A DNA stretch of 63,217 bases, the filler included, from Licmophora abbreviata (taxonomy: Eukaryota), in NCBI GenBank assembly GCA_900291995.1. It is 12 parts of 12 records of this genome, joined end to end, with 100 filler letters (N's around TTAATTAATTAA, not from the genome) between each part and the next. Parts side by side here need not be neighbours in the genome. Positions count along the whole stretch, not along the records: positions 1 to 1,252 come from OLMU01000343.1; positions 1,353 to 2,436 come from OLMU01000344.1; positions 2,537 to 23,667 come from OLMU01000345.1; 9 more parts are not named here. One strand, written 5' to 3'. The stretch's first letter is position 1, and each line of letters opens with the position of its first letter. This document shows, in pieces, positions 1-11,781 of the stretch. The position numbers and the translations under genes were made by a program. The notes beneath the pieces were generated by a model. That model worked only from the letters and a program-made list of their open reading frames with translations, was not told the DNA's origin and made no database searches.

Positions 1-505
1 GCTCCATGTACTTTACATCTTGACTCTTGTCCTCGGAGGACTGTGACGAGAATAATACGCGATGGGGTCGTCTCGCGGCGAACACACTGCGTGGTGGTAC
101 ACCTCGTCGCCGTAGTGTTTGTTGGAACGATGCTGCGGATGCCATTCTGGAGGACGATAATCTCGAAAAAAAGCAAGCCATGGCAGGTATGAAGACGAGT
201 CGAAGATCCTTTCGATGCATATTAGTTCAGGGATGGACAGAATAAGTCAGCAGCAAATGCAGTGTCAACCCAATCGCCGCGGCGAAATAGCAGCGGTACA
301 CGGTAAAGATCATCGGCATCGGCGCTTCGCGCCTTTCTTCGAAATAGATTTGTTGGGGTCAGCAGCAAGACTGAGCTCCGGGTGTTTTCTTTCTACTTCC
401 ACGTGTTGGACTCTCAGCGAAAGATACTTTCTCAGCAGTTCCAAACTTCAACCACAGTTTTCGCGCCTTGCGGTGACACTGTTACTGTTCTTCTCGTCGT
501 CGACC

Positions 506-2275
506 ATGATGGCGTCTCCCCTGAACGCCATGAGTGTTCTCATAGCCCTCCTTTTATCAGCGATGTATGCATCAGTGTCAGCGTTTGTTCCTGCTGGTAT
601 GCATCATCATAAAACGAACGGATGGAAAACGCTTCTGAGAGCATCCAGCATCACGGGCGACGACGACGCGGTGCCAACGGAGTGGCAAGGACAAGTGCTC
701 AAGGCACTTTCCGAAGTCATCGATCCAGACTTGAACAATGACATTGTCAGTCTCGGGTTCGTCAAGAATCTTGCACTGGAAGATCGCACCGTCTCCTTTG
801 ATGTGGAATTGACGACTCCCGCCTGTCCCGTCAAGGACATGTTTGCTCAACAATGCCAAGAGCTTGTGAGCAGTCTGCCTTGGACGGACAAAGTGCAAGT
901 CACCATGACGGCACAACCGTCCGCCATGGCCACAGATACCTTGGGAATGTCGCAAGTTGGTGCTGTCGTTGCTGTGTCAAGTTGCAAAGGAGGTGTCGGC
1001 AAGAGTACCACGGCAGTCAACCTGGCGTATGCGCTTCAATCGTTGGGGGCGACGGTGGGTATCTTTGATGCCGACGTGTACGGCCCAAGTCTTCCGACCA
1101 TGGTGACTCCCGACGATGACATTGTACGATTTGTGGGGAGACAAATTGCTCCACTGCAGCGAAACGGAGTGCGACTCATGAGTTTTGGATATGTCAATGA
1201 CGGATCCGCCATTATGCGTGGCCCCATGGTGACACAGTTGCTGGACCAGTTCNNNNNNNNNNNNNNNNNNNNNNNNNNNNNNNNNNNNNNNNNNNNTTAA
1301 TTAATTAANNNNNNNNNNNNNNNNNNNNNNNNNNNNNNNNNNNNNNNNNNNNTCATGAGTGTCACGTCCTGGGGCGCGCTGGATTATCTGATTCTCGACA
1401 TGCCTCCCGGTACAGGGGACATTCAACTCACGCTGACGCAGCGACTCAACATCACGGCCGCTGTCATTGTCACGACACCGCAAGAGTTGAGCTTTGCGGA
1501 CGTCGTGCGCGGCGTGGAAATGTTCGATTCCGTCAATGTCCCGTCCGTCGCCGTCGTGGAGAACATGGCCTACTATGAAGTTGAAAAGGGGGCTTCTGTG
1601 AATGAAGAGGCTCTGACAGAGGCGTTTGCGCAGAAACTCTCTGAGGAAGGCGTCGCTCTCAACGGCGAGGGGTCGCAGAACACGCAGAGCCTTGCGGAAG
1701 AACTTGTCAAGCTAGTTCAGAGGAACACAAAGAAGGAAACGGAAAAGATTCAAATATTTGGATCTGGACATAAGCATCGGCTGTCCGAACAGTGGGGGAT
1801 CGATCACACTTTTTCCATGCCGCTCATGGACCGAATCGCAGCAAACGGCGACTCTGGGACACCTTTCATTCTCGAGAACCCTGACAGTTCGCAAGCGGGG
1901 ATATACAAAGATCTTGCATCAGCTGTAGTAAGCGAAGTTGCCAAATCAAAGTTTGGGAACAAAAATGCTCGACCAGTTATTCACTACGATGATGAAAGCC
2001 ACGAGATAAGCTTCAACGATAGCAAGTTGCCGCCTGCTGAGCTAAGAAGGGCTTGTCGGTGCGCCAGCTGCGTGGAGGAGCTCACTGGACGGCAGATTCT
2101 CATGGCAACGGATGTATCTGATTCGGTGCGACCGCTCAAGATGGACCCATGCGGCAATTACGCACTCTCCGTCGACTGGTCTGATGGCCACCGCTCTCTG
2201 TATCCGTATCGTCAAATGCAGAGTCTTATCCAGGCGAAGCAAGAAGCAAAGGAGGACTTGCAGGTGCCGGTATAG
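506..2275 (+). CDS. HCF101: Plastid Fe-S cluster scaffold HCF101 (DUF59 + Mrp/NBP35 P-loop ATPase + DUF971)
   Basis: Signal peptide ending VSA-FVP; DUF59 ([16 protein letters not shown]...LTTPACP); Walker [29 protein letters not shown]-terminal CRCASC...DWSDGH. The two sides of gap 1253-1352 join in frame as [17 protein letters not shown]. Confidence 0.95.
1253..1352. other. Artificial scaffold gap N44-TTAATTAATTAA-N44; also at 2437-2536, 23668-23767, 26430-26529, 29043-29142, 34331-34430, 37363-37462, 40741-40840, 50058-50157, 52273-52372, 62004-62103
   Basis: Identical 100-nt spacer with an all-frame stop linker occurs 11 times. Confidence 0.98.
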
Positions 2276-2986
2276 CTACAAAATTCGTTAGTATCATCGA
2301 CCTTTGGACAATGCCGTACATCACGTAGATGAGTGTGAGCAGGTGCAGGTGCGATTTCCAACCAACGCAGTACCCGTATTACCTGTAGTTACCCCTCCAG
2401 GTACCTGAGTATCTCTCACCATACTACCGGGCAGTANNNNNNNNNNNNNNNNNNNNNNNNNNNNNNNNNNNNNNNNNNNNTTAATTAATTAANNNNNNNN
2501 NNNNNNNNNNNNNNNNNNNNNNNNNNNNNNNNNNNNGTATCGTACTATACCTGTAAAATTCCCTTCACGGGGTACTAATCGTATTATATCCTGCCCTTCA
2601 AGGTAATAATGGTTATTAGTTAAATCATCTTAGGTACTGTGTAATACGATTTATTTTTCTTTGGTGGTGAGTACCGGACATCCTCGATGGCTCTTGAGCA
2701 CATGAAAACCCCGCGCTCGATCCGTTGAATAAAAGAGACACTGCTTCATCAATTTGCCGTGTTTCAACAATAAGAACGCTTGAAAAGACATGAAGTACTC
2801 TGTTCCACTATTATGACCTTCCTAATTGATATTATACAGGGCTGAATGAGTACTCCGACTAAAATATCGCGACACTCCGTGGTGCTGGGAAGAATGAATC
2901 TCATCCGAAGTGCCCCATTCACATTTTCGACAGCACTTCCAGCACTTCTCTTTGCAAAGATCACCCTTTTTCTATCCCGGAGGACG

Positions 2987-4759
2987 ATGCTTCCTAGCCT
3001 TTCACGCCAAAACGAGATAAGTCCCGAACGCCCGGTGGAAGAGGAGAGACTTCCTCCACAAGCAGAGCATGAGAAAAGGGCTTGGGCCTTCCCTCATAGA
3101 TTTCCAAAAGACGATATGTCATTTTCCGCCACGCAGAGTGCTTCCTTCGCTTCTGCAAAGGGCAGAAGTGCTGTTGATATCATGAAAGAAGGATTGGAAG
3201 CGAGTCAGTCCAGGTTGTCCAAGCGAGAACTGTGCAGAGCGAGACGGAGGCGGGTGCACGATCACCGCAACTGCCTGCGGCCAGTCCTAGTAGAAGCGAC
3301 AGCAAGTGACCCCCTCCCATTTCCGGGAATGGAGGTGCAACGGGCTGGTTCTCCTCCACCAGTATATACGCATGAATCTATTTTTATGGCGGAGTCCGAA
3401 AGGCCTCCTTTGGACGTTGATGAAGCTCAGGCGCTCGGGAACCAATGCCAGCTGAACCCCATGATTTGCCAACTTCCTGTTCACACGTATGGCGTCACCA
3501 CATACGAGGATCCACGCCATCTGGAAGTTCCGTTCGAGATTGGTTCGCCCAAAAGAAGGTCGGAAACCATCGGTGCCAACGACTGTTCCTTGTTTCCAGT
3601 CGGATCTATCGTTTCCGCTGTCAGCGGGCCACACTGTGGGCATCGCGGCATTGTCCAAGGCTTGCACCAAGATCTTGTCTTGGTCCGACTTCCTCTGAAT
3701 GGTCAGTGCATCCAACGATGGATGAATTCCCAAGATCTAATGGCAGTACGTTTAGAAGACGTTCTCCAGCAAGTTAATGCGACGACAGGGGTGCTCCATC
3801 GTACTCAGCCTGTGCAGCACGAAGTTCCGGAATGGCCTCCTCCCCGAGGAAGAAGGGCAAGAATTGAACTCTATCGACAAGGCGCAGCAGAAAATGGAGA
3901 CCCACTGCCGTTTAAACCTGGCTCGCGTCTACCAGGGCACAATGTTTTCGGTCGTAGATCGCCCAGTCCTGGCGCTTCCTTTGATTCGAATTGCGTATCG
4001 GTTCTACCCAACGCAGATGATGGAAATAGTCCAACCTGGCCTAATACGATATCTGAGAAGGCAATGCCATCGAGCGATTTCGACGATGCCATGTCACCTC
4101 TCTCTGAACCCCAACAGGGCGTTAAGCCCGCTAGAAGTCAAAACTCGGTTGCGGATCTGAACAAAAAGGTTGGAGGGCCGCCCATGAGCGCCAGAAACTA
4201 CGCCTATTGCTTCGCATGGGGTGATATTGGAAATCTCACGGTGGTGCAGCTCAGGGAAAAGCTACGAGAGCGAGGACTAAGCTCATGCGGCGACAAGGCA
4301 AAACTCCTGGATCGACTTAAACGCTCGCTCGAGAACTGTTCTGGGGTCAAACGGAGGTTTTTGGCTGACTCGCATGAGAACTGCGAACTTCATATCCGGC
4401 AAACGCGAAGAGGGGTAGAGCCGTCGGAACTCTCTGAGTCATTGGCTTCGTCGTTAACACCCAGCTTCAAAGACGAGGCGATATCTTCCCCAGAAACACG
4501 TCCTACAAGCAATTCTATCCCGCACCCCCCTGCTCTACCAGCATTCGCAATGCCTACCAATCTCAGAAGCTACGATGCTTACTACGTGGCCAAGGGGGAT
4601 GTCGGAAATTGGACCGTCAAACAGCTCCGCGCCGGGCTCCGGTCAATGGGGCTCAGTGCTACTGGAGACAAGGTGACGATGGTGAATCGGCTAAAAGCGG
4701 CGCAACGGGGCAGGCTGGGCGATGAATTTCAAACAGGGAGTAATGACTGGAGTGTGTAG
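2987..4759 (+). CDS. Intronless protein with a KOW/SH3-like motif and two SAP nucleic-acid-binding domains
   Basis: SAP motifs LTVVQLREKLRERGLSSCGDKAKLLDRL and WTVKQLRAGLRSMGLSATGDKVTMVNRL; KOW-like FPVGSIVSAVSGPHCGHRGIV. Start uncertain (ORF open from 2846). Confidence 0.75.
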   Translation: MLPSLSRQNEISPERPVEEERLPPQAEHEKRAWAFPHRFPKDDMSFSATQSASFASAKGRSAVDIMKEGLEASQSRLSKRELCRARRRRVHDHRNCLRPVLVEATASDPLPFPGMEVQRAGSPPPVYTHESIFMAESERPPLDVDEAQALGNQCQLNPMICQLPVHTYGVTTYEDPRHLEVPFEIGSPKRRSETIGANDCSLFPVGSIVSAVSGPHCGHRGIVQGLHQDLVLVRLPLNGQCIQRWMNSQDLMAVRLEDVLQQVNATTGVLHRTQPVQHEVPEWPPPRGRRARIELYRQGAAENGDPLPFKPGSRLPGHNVFGRRSPSPGASFDSNCVSVLPNADDGNSPTWPNTISEKAMPSSDFDDAMSPLSEPQQGVKPARSQNSVADLNKKVGGPPMSARNYAYCFAWGDIGNLTVVQLREKLRERGLSSCGDKAKLLDRLKRSLENCSGVKRRFLADSHENCELHIRQTRRGVEPSELSESLASSLTPSFKDEAISSPETRPTSNSIPHPPALPAFAMPTNLRSYDAYYVAKGDVGNWTVKQLRAGLRSMGLSATGDKVTMVNRLKAAQRGRLGDEFQTGSNDWSV

Positions 4760-4843
4760 TAACATGTTTATTTGAATCTAGACTGGCTAGACAAACAAGC
4801 ATTTTTGAGAAAGTAGAATGACTAAAGTAGTGCTCTCTGTTTA

Positions 4844-7226
4844 CTACGGAGATGTGTCCTTTGCTAAATCATCCACCACTGCCAGGGAAGCGCCCTCCTC
4901 AATCACATCCCCAACTTCGCAATCGAGGGAAACTAGAGTGCCGTCTCGCGTAGATCGTATGGAGTGCTCCATTTTCATCGCCTCCATCACCAAAATGACG
5001 TCCCCTTCTTGGAGCGCATCGCCAACGCGCGCCATAATACGGACAAGCTTGCCGGGCATCGGCGCCGTGACTTTCCCATGAAGCAAACAGTGCCCTTCGG
5101 TGCCGCTTTGCGGTGACGGAGCGAGCGGGTTCTGAATTCTTGCTTCTGACGCATTCACGTCAACTCCTTGACCAGGCCACAAGTGAATACTAAGGCGTCC
5201 ACTATGCTGATCGTCCATTATGGCCACGTCGAACGCCAGTCGTCTGGTTCTATTGACGACAATGCGTAGGACATAGTCATTTTCTAAAGCGCCGTCGATA
5301 TGAAACCACTCTTGATCTCCATCCGCTGAAAGTACTCCTATATCGAAAGATCCATCGCGATTGCTCAGACACTCCACCTCTTCATTCTCGATATTAAACG
5401 CGAGAGTTCGTCGAAGCCGCCCAAAGCCACCACCCATCCGCCAAGATCCCATGAGGCTCGACCATGGGCTTGATGATCGTTGTTTTCCGGCCAAATCGGA
5501 AATTCCAGCGCGCTTCTCTAGATACAACAGAGCCGTGAAAGCACTGACTGCTCGCTGAATAGCATCGGCCTTGGCATCTTCCTCGCCGATGTGCACATCG
5601 TCCGCATGAGTCTCCAGAAAACCTGTATTCATCGCACCCGCCTGTCGAAAAGTAGGGTGCTCGGCACACTTGATCAGAAACTCAATATTGGTCGGAACAC
5701 CTGCGATCTGGTAATCTTTCAACGCATGAACAAGTCTTTCCATAGCTTCCTTTCGGTCATCGCCATGAACGATTAGCTTCGATATCATAGGATCATAGTA
5801 AACACCGATATCGTGATCTGTCTGTATGCCCGTATCGACCCGAACGCCTGCGTCGGAGACACCTGTATTTGCAAGAGCAGGCGGTCGATGATGCCATACA
5901 TTTCCAGTCGCCGGTAGGAAGTCCTTTGCGGGATTTTCGGCATAGATCCGCGCCTCCATGGCGTGCCCTAAACAAGGAACCGCCGACTGATCGTTGATTG
6001 GCAACTTATCGCCGGCCGCAATCCGAAGTTGCCATTCGACTAGATCGATTCCTGTTATGAGTTCTGTGATGGGATGCTCAACCTGTAAATGATGAAAGCA
6101 GAGTCAGACAGCGTTGGTACACCCACGCACCATTATATTCGTTTCGTACCTGCAACCGCGTATTCATCTCGCAAAAGTAAAATTTCCCTTCCTCCTGCGT
6201 GTCGAGGAGGAACTCGACAGTCCCCGCATTGACATACCCGACCGCCCCTGCCGCGCGCTTGCCCATTTCACCAAGCTGGTTACGAAGTTCCCATGACAAA
6301 TCCGAGGCAGGCGCTTCTTCAATAATCTTTTGATGACGACGTTGCAGACTACAATCCCGCTCATACAAATGCAGCCGATTCCCATGCGTATCAGCTACAA
6401 CTTGCACTTCAACGTGCCTTGGATGCAATAGGTACTTCTCGAGCAACACAGAGGAATCTCCAAATGCTGATTGACTTTCTCGTTGACACGATTCCAGTGC
6501 CGCTAGAAACTCTTGCTCATTCCAAACCAGTCGCATGCCTTTGCCTCCTCCTCCCATGACTGCCTTGATTAGGAGCGGAAATCCGACATTGTTCACTGCC
6601 TGGTGCAGCAAATGCTCGGGGTCTTGAGTGCCCCCATGATATCCTGGAGTCGTTGGAACGCCCGCCAATTCCATAATGCCCTTTGACTCGGATTTCGACC
6701 CCATAGCCTGAATTGCTTTGGGAGGTGGCCCGATAAATTGGAGGGCCGCGTCCTGGACACGCTGACAAAACATAGCATTCTCACTCAGAAATCCATAGCC
6801 AGGATGAATTGCTTGCGCTTGTGACGACTGTGCAATCTCCAAAATCGCATCTTGGAGAAGATAGGATTCCGCAGCACTCGGACCCGTTCCGACTTGGTAT
6901 ATTTCATCGGCCATGGACGCGTGTAGGGAGTCGGGCCCGTCAGCGCTGCTATAGATCGCCACAGTCTTGACTCCCAATCGCCGACACGTCCGCATGACAC
7001 GACAGGCAATCTCGCCCCGATTGGCTACGAGAATTTTGTCAAAAGGACGATCTGCGGTTGAGGAAGAAAGGCGACGTATCTGTTGTGGAAACTGTGAGAT
7101 GATGTGTCCATGTCGCCAGCCCGGTGCAGTGATGTCGTTCCGAATTCTTGCAAAATTGACCGGGCGAGTCTTCCTTGAGAGTCGACGAGACGAGAAGACG
7201 CGAAACTGACTTGTACATTGACGCAT
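4844..7226 (-). CDS. MCCC1: 3-methylcrotonyl-CoA carboxylase alpha (biotin) subunit, mitochondrial; intron 6083-6149
   Basis: KILVANRGEIACR, HPGYGFLSEN, RDCSLQRRHQK, EMNTRLQ|VEHP across a GT-AG intron, biotin site EAMKME, Arg/Ser-rich presequence. PCC alpha is less likely but not excluded. Confidence 0.88.
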
Positions 7227-7640
7227 TCTTGAGCTGATCCTTCCAATGTCCGAGGAACCGACTTCAATGTAGAGTATTGCAGTCTCACAAACCACAAATG
7301 ACACTGGCACCCTCCGCCGAATGCTTTGGCTGCGATCAGAAATAGAGATGGAAGTGAGAAAGTTCTGTCATCTGTGACACTTTGACACGCGCGCTGGCAT
7401 GTCACAGACTTGAGTGCGCGCGCTTTCTATTAATCCAGCGACTTCTGTTCCAACAAAGCTAAATCTGTCAATGATACTTTTGCTACGACATTCGCAAGGT
7501 CGAATGCCGATGACACGTCTGCTTCGAAGCTCACATTTTTTGTTTCGAAGCTCGGAGTTCTGTTCTTCTTCTACTGTTCTTGACAACAGTCGTGACACTT
7601 TCGAGTGTCGTCGGTATCGTTGTTGTCCCTCCTCTGCACT

Positions 7641-9273
7641 ATGATGACTTCTCGAACCCCCTGACAAGAGCACCGAGCAGCAGGTGATCGTGGGATCTCC
7701 TACAAGCGTCGCTCAGACCGCCGCCTCATTACCTTCGCCAGCAGAACTCCCTCCACTGGCGTCCGAACATCAGACCCCAACCGAAGAAGACTGGGTATGT
7801 CCTACTTCCGCCAAGTCTATGCGCACGACCAACCCCATTCGTGCCATTGTCGATCCCATAGTGGCGAACTCGATGAATCAAGACCGAAATGATGGCAAGG
7901 ATCAGATTTCCTTGGCGGTAAGTGGTGCATTTGTCATGGCGGAACGAGGAATACAAGGAATACTCGTTCCCGAATTTCGACTAGTGACACCGAATTCTCA
8001 CCCTGCTTAGCACCTTGGTTGTTCGCGTGCCATCAGCTCGGTGATCCCACCACAAGTGAGAGCCTTCCCATGTGTCAAGTTGCGCTGGATGCTGTACACA
8101 GAGCACTCGACTCTCCCGGGAGCGCTGCAGGATACGTCAATGCATGTGGTACGCTACAGGCCCGTCAAGCTATCGCCACCTACCACCAGTCATATGGTGC
8201 TGCGGTGACTGCCGACAATGTCATTGTAGCGAGTGGGTGCTCTGGTGCTCTCGAGTTGGCTCTGACGGCCATATTGGATCCTGGAACAGTTCTACTAGTC
8301 CCCAAACCAGGCTTTCCGCTCTACCAAGTCATTGCCGAGAGCCATGGAGCAACGGTGGCGCATTACAATCTTCTTTCGAATCGTGGATGGGAGTGTGACT
8401 TGAAGCATATGCAACAGCTGTTGGATCAATATCCTCCGGGCGTCGTTCGCGGTATTGTCATCAACAATCCCTCCAACCCTACGGGCAGCGTGTATTCGGA
8501 ACAGCACCTTGCTGACATTGTGGATTGGGCGCTTCGGAACCGATTGCCGATTGTGGCGGATGAAATCTACGGTGACTTGACCTATGGCAAAAGCCGATTC
8601 TTCCCTCTCGCCAATGTGGCTCGGGGTCGCGTTCCGATTATTACGGCGAGCGGCACAGGAAAACAGTACCTGTTGCCTGGTTGGCGTGTCGGATGGATTG
8701 TCTTTCACGATAGGTAAGAGCAACTTGGTCTACGATTTATGCAAATGTTCATGGGGGTACTAACTTAAAAGGCTGTTGTCAATGCCCAGTCATTCTCAAG
8801 CGCTCCGTGAGGTAGAGGCTGGCGCCAAGCGGCTCGGGCAACTCATCTTGGGCGCCTCACACCTTGCCCAGACCGTGGTCCCAGCGTTATTGACACCCAA
8901 GTCATCTGACGACCATCTAGCTATATCAGCCTGGAAATCGGCTATCCGCTGTACGCTCGAAGGCCAAGCGAATACATTGTGCCAAGGCCTGTCGCGTTGC
9001 CATGGCCTCTCCGTCATTCAACCAAAAGGAGCCATGTACGCCATGGTTCAAATCAACGTGCCTACATTTGACTCCTCGGTCCAAGACGACGTGAGCTTTA
9101 CCAAGCTACTCTTGGAAGAAGAGAATGTATTTGTCTTGCCGGGATCGTCGTTTGGAGTTGATTCTGATACGAGCTCTCCAATGTTTCGCGTCGTGTTTTG
9201 CGCCGGCGAGGCCACGCTGAACGAGGCTTCGCAGCGCATTGCCGACTTTTGCGAACGTCATGCTGCCAAGTAA
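7641..9273 (+). CDS. TAT: Tyrosine aminotransferase (PLP class I); introns 7918-8036 and 8714-8789
   Basis: NPIRAIVD, ISLA|LGDP, NNPSNPTG, ADEIYG, SGTGKQYLLPGWRVGW, EEENVFVLPG. ATG 7641 needs removal of one C from the run at about 7657-7661; otherwise the start is an internal Met. Confidence 0.88.
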
Positions 9274-9854
9274 GGAAGAGGACAGTATACACGTTGATAC
9301 TTTGTGCGACTTTCGGGTTAATATATAATTGCCGTAGACTGTAAATTGGAAGACATAGACGTAATACTAGTAGGTGCTACTATGACTTTTGACCTAAGAC
9401 ATCGAGTTACCTAGGTAGGGTAGCTCTCAATGATGCATGCCAAAACCTAGCACCGGCATGTGCAATCCTTGAGTGAATCGTAGCTGCCCAACTATCCAGG
9501 GTTCCAGGCACACTGAAATAGGGCCATCTAAGCTTTGCACAAAGGACGACCGCTTCGGTTCGAATCGAAAACATGTCATCGCGAGGTCCCGAACTCTTCA
9601 AAAGCACGAGTGAACGCAGTGACATACGGAATCTTCTACCTTAGGAATCCGGAATCTATTCTTGCTGTCTGGAAGAACGTGCAAAATCCATTGGCTCAGA
9701 GCGCGCCAGAATTTGGAACGTGTGCGCGTTTTGTGTGGAATGTGCAACCTTGTCATCGCGATCGATCTTTCCACACCTCACCGACGCAACTTTGGCTCCC
9801 TCCGATCCCCGTTTCATTGCTTGATTACGCTAGAAACCTAATATTTTTGCTACC

Positions 9855-11401
9855 ATGGCTTCTTTCAAAGATCAGGTACGTATCTGAATGAATAAAGGCG
9901 GTGCCTTGGAGTTTCCGGGGGCTGACTCTCAGTTCTGACCACGCCTGCTGCCCTTCACTCGTCGACTCCAATGGTGTGGCTCTCGAAACTACAGGAATTC
10001 CGCGGTCTCGTCTCGCTCAAGGACCACGATCCTGAGATGCATGACTTGATCGAGCAGGAAAAGTCTCGTCAATGGCGCTCGCTTGAGCTGATCGCCTCGG
10101 AGAACTTCACTTCCAAGGCCGTGATGGAGTGCTTGGGTTCCGTCCTCACCAACAAGTATGCCGAGGGTCTTCCACGTGCGCGATACTACGGGGGAAACGA
10201 AGTCGTCGATCAGGTCGAGGAACTCTGCCAGAAGCGTGCTCTGGAGGTGTACGGGTGTGATCCGGAGAAGTGGGGCGTCAACGTCCAGCCCTACTCTGGA
10301 TCCCCAGCCAACTTCGCAGTCTACACGGCTCTCCTCAAGCCCCATGACCGCATCATGGGACTCGATCTTCCCAGCGGTGGACACTTGACGCATGGCTTTT
10401 ACACCTACTCGAAAAAGGAGGGCACCCGCAAGGCTGTGTCTGCGACGTCCGTGTACTTTGAGTCGCTTCCGTACCGCGTCAGCCCCGAAACTGGATACAT
10501 TGACTACGACCAGCTGGCTCGCGATGCTTCCCTCTTCAAGCCCAGCTTGATCATTGCCGGAGGCTCGGCCTACCCCCGCGAGTACGATTACAAGCGATTC
10601 CGCCAAATCGCCGACGACAACGGCTGTCTCTTGATGATGGACATGGCCCACACCTCTGGTCTCGTCGCTACGGGCGAAGCCGCCTCTCCCTTTGAGTACT
10701 GCGACGTGGTCACCACCACAACCCACAAGTCTCTCCGTGGTCCTCGCGCAGGAATGATCTTTTTCCGCAAGGACGAGCGTGGCTTTGAGGCCAAGATTAA
10801 CCAGGCTGTCTTCCCCGCTCTCCAGGGTGGTCCGCACGAGCATCAGATTGCTGGCGTTGCCACGCAGCTCAAGGAAGCGGCCACTCCAGAATTCAAGGTG
10901 TATGCCCAGCAGGTTAAGAAGAACGCGAAAGCGCTTGCCGACAAACTCACGTCGATGGGATACAAGATTGCGTCGGGTGGAACGGAAAATCACCTGGTCT
11001 TGTGGGATCTTAAGCCGCAGGGCTTGACCGGTTCGAAGTTTGAAAAGACATGCGATGCTGTCTGCATTACACTCAACAAGAACTGTGTTCCCGGTGATCG
11101 TTCTGCGATTACTCCCGGCGGAGTGCGCATCGGTGCCCCGGCCTTGACAACTCGTACAATGGTGGAGGCAGACTTTGAGCAGATTGCAATGTTCTTGAAG
11201 GAAGCGTTGGAAATTTCGATCAAGCTGCAAGAGAAGAGTGGCCCGAAGCTGAAGGACTTTGTTGCCCTCTTGGAGAGCAACGACGAGATTACGGCTCTTC
11301 GTTCTAAGGTGAATGCGTTTGCCACGACGTTCCCCATGCCTGGTTTCGATCCGTCCGAGATGAAGTACCAGGATCCCAACGGTCCTCCTGGCGCCCACTG
11401 A
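9855..11401 (+). CDS. SHMT: Serine hydroxymethyltransferase, probably cytosolic; intron 9876-9994
   Basis: [49 protein letters not shown]. Exon 1 MASFKDQ, no presequence. Confidence 0.97.
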
Positions 11402-11781
11402 GGACCACTGTATCGATCGACAGAACTGGAGGTATGCGCAAGGGGTTGTTCGGCCATACATTACGTACTTGCTAGTAGACAGCATGATGTGTCAAAGGTT
11501 TCCTCTACTAGCTAGTTGAACTTTTCATACGATCGAATGTCCAATTGTAAGCACTGTTGTTGCGAGTGGCGGGTGCGTAGTCGGATGAAGTTCATTCCGT
11601 TTGACGGCTGAAACCATGACACGAGCTGCGATGCGTTTTGGCACATGACGTTTCGGGGCGGTGAGGGCGCGCTCGATCGCGCCAATGTTTTTCACCACGA
11701 CGCCATCCACTCATTCCATGACCCCGATCATGGGACGTCTCGAATCTGAGGCTATCAGCGGGTTCGGTGTCTTCCTTTGCA

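Noticed and set aside
215..505. N-terminal extension of the HCF101 ORF
   Set aside because: Lies upstream of the signal peptide; ATG 506/509 fits a bipartite presequence.
1297..1308. TTAATTAATTAA recurring 11 times, superficially like a dispersed repeat or CRISPR repeat
   Set aside because: Always centred in a 100-nt N block; an artificial six-frame stop linker.
9989..11485. 498-aa antisense ORF over SHMT
   Set aside because: Codon-register shadow of a strongly biased, highly expressed gene; no protein-like motifs.
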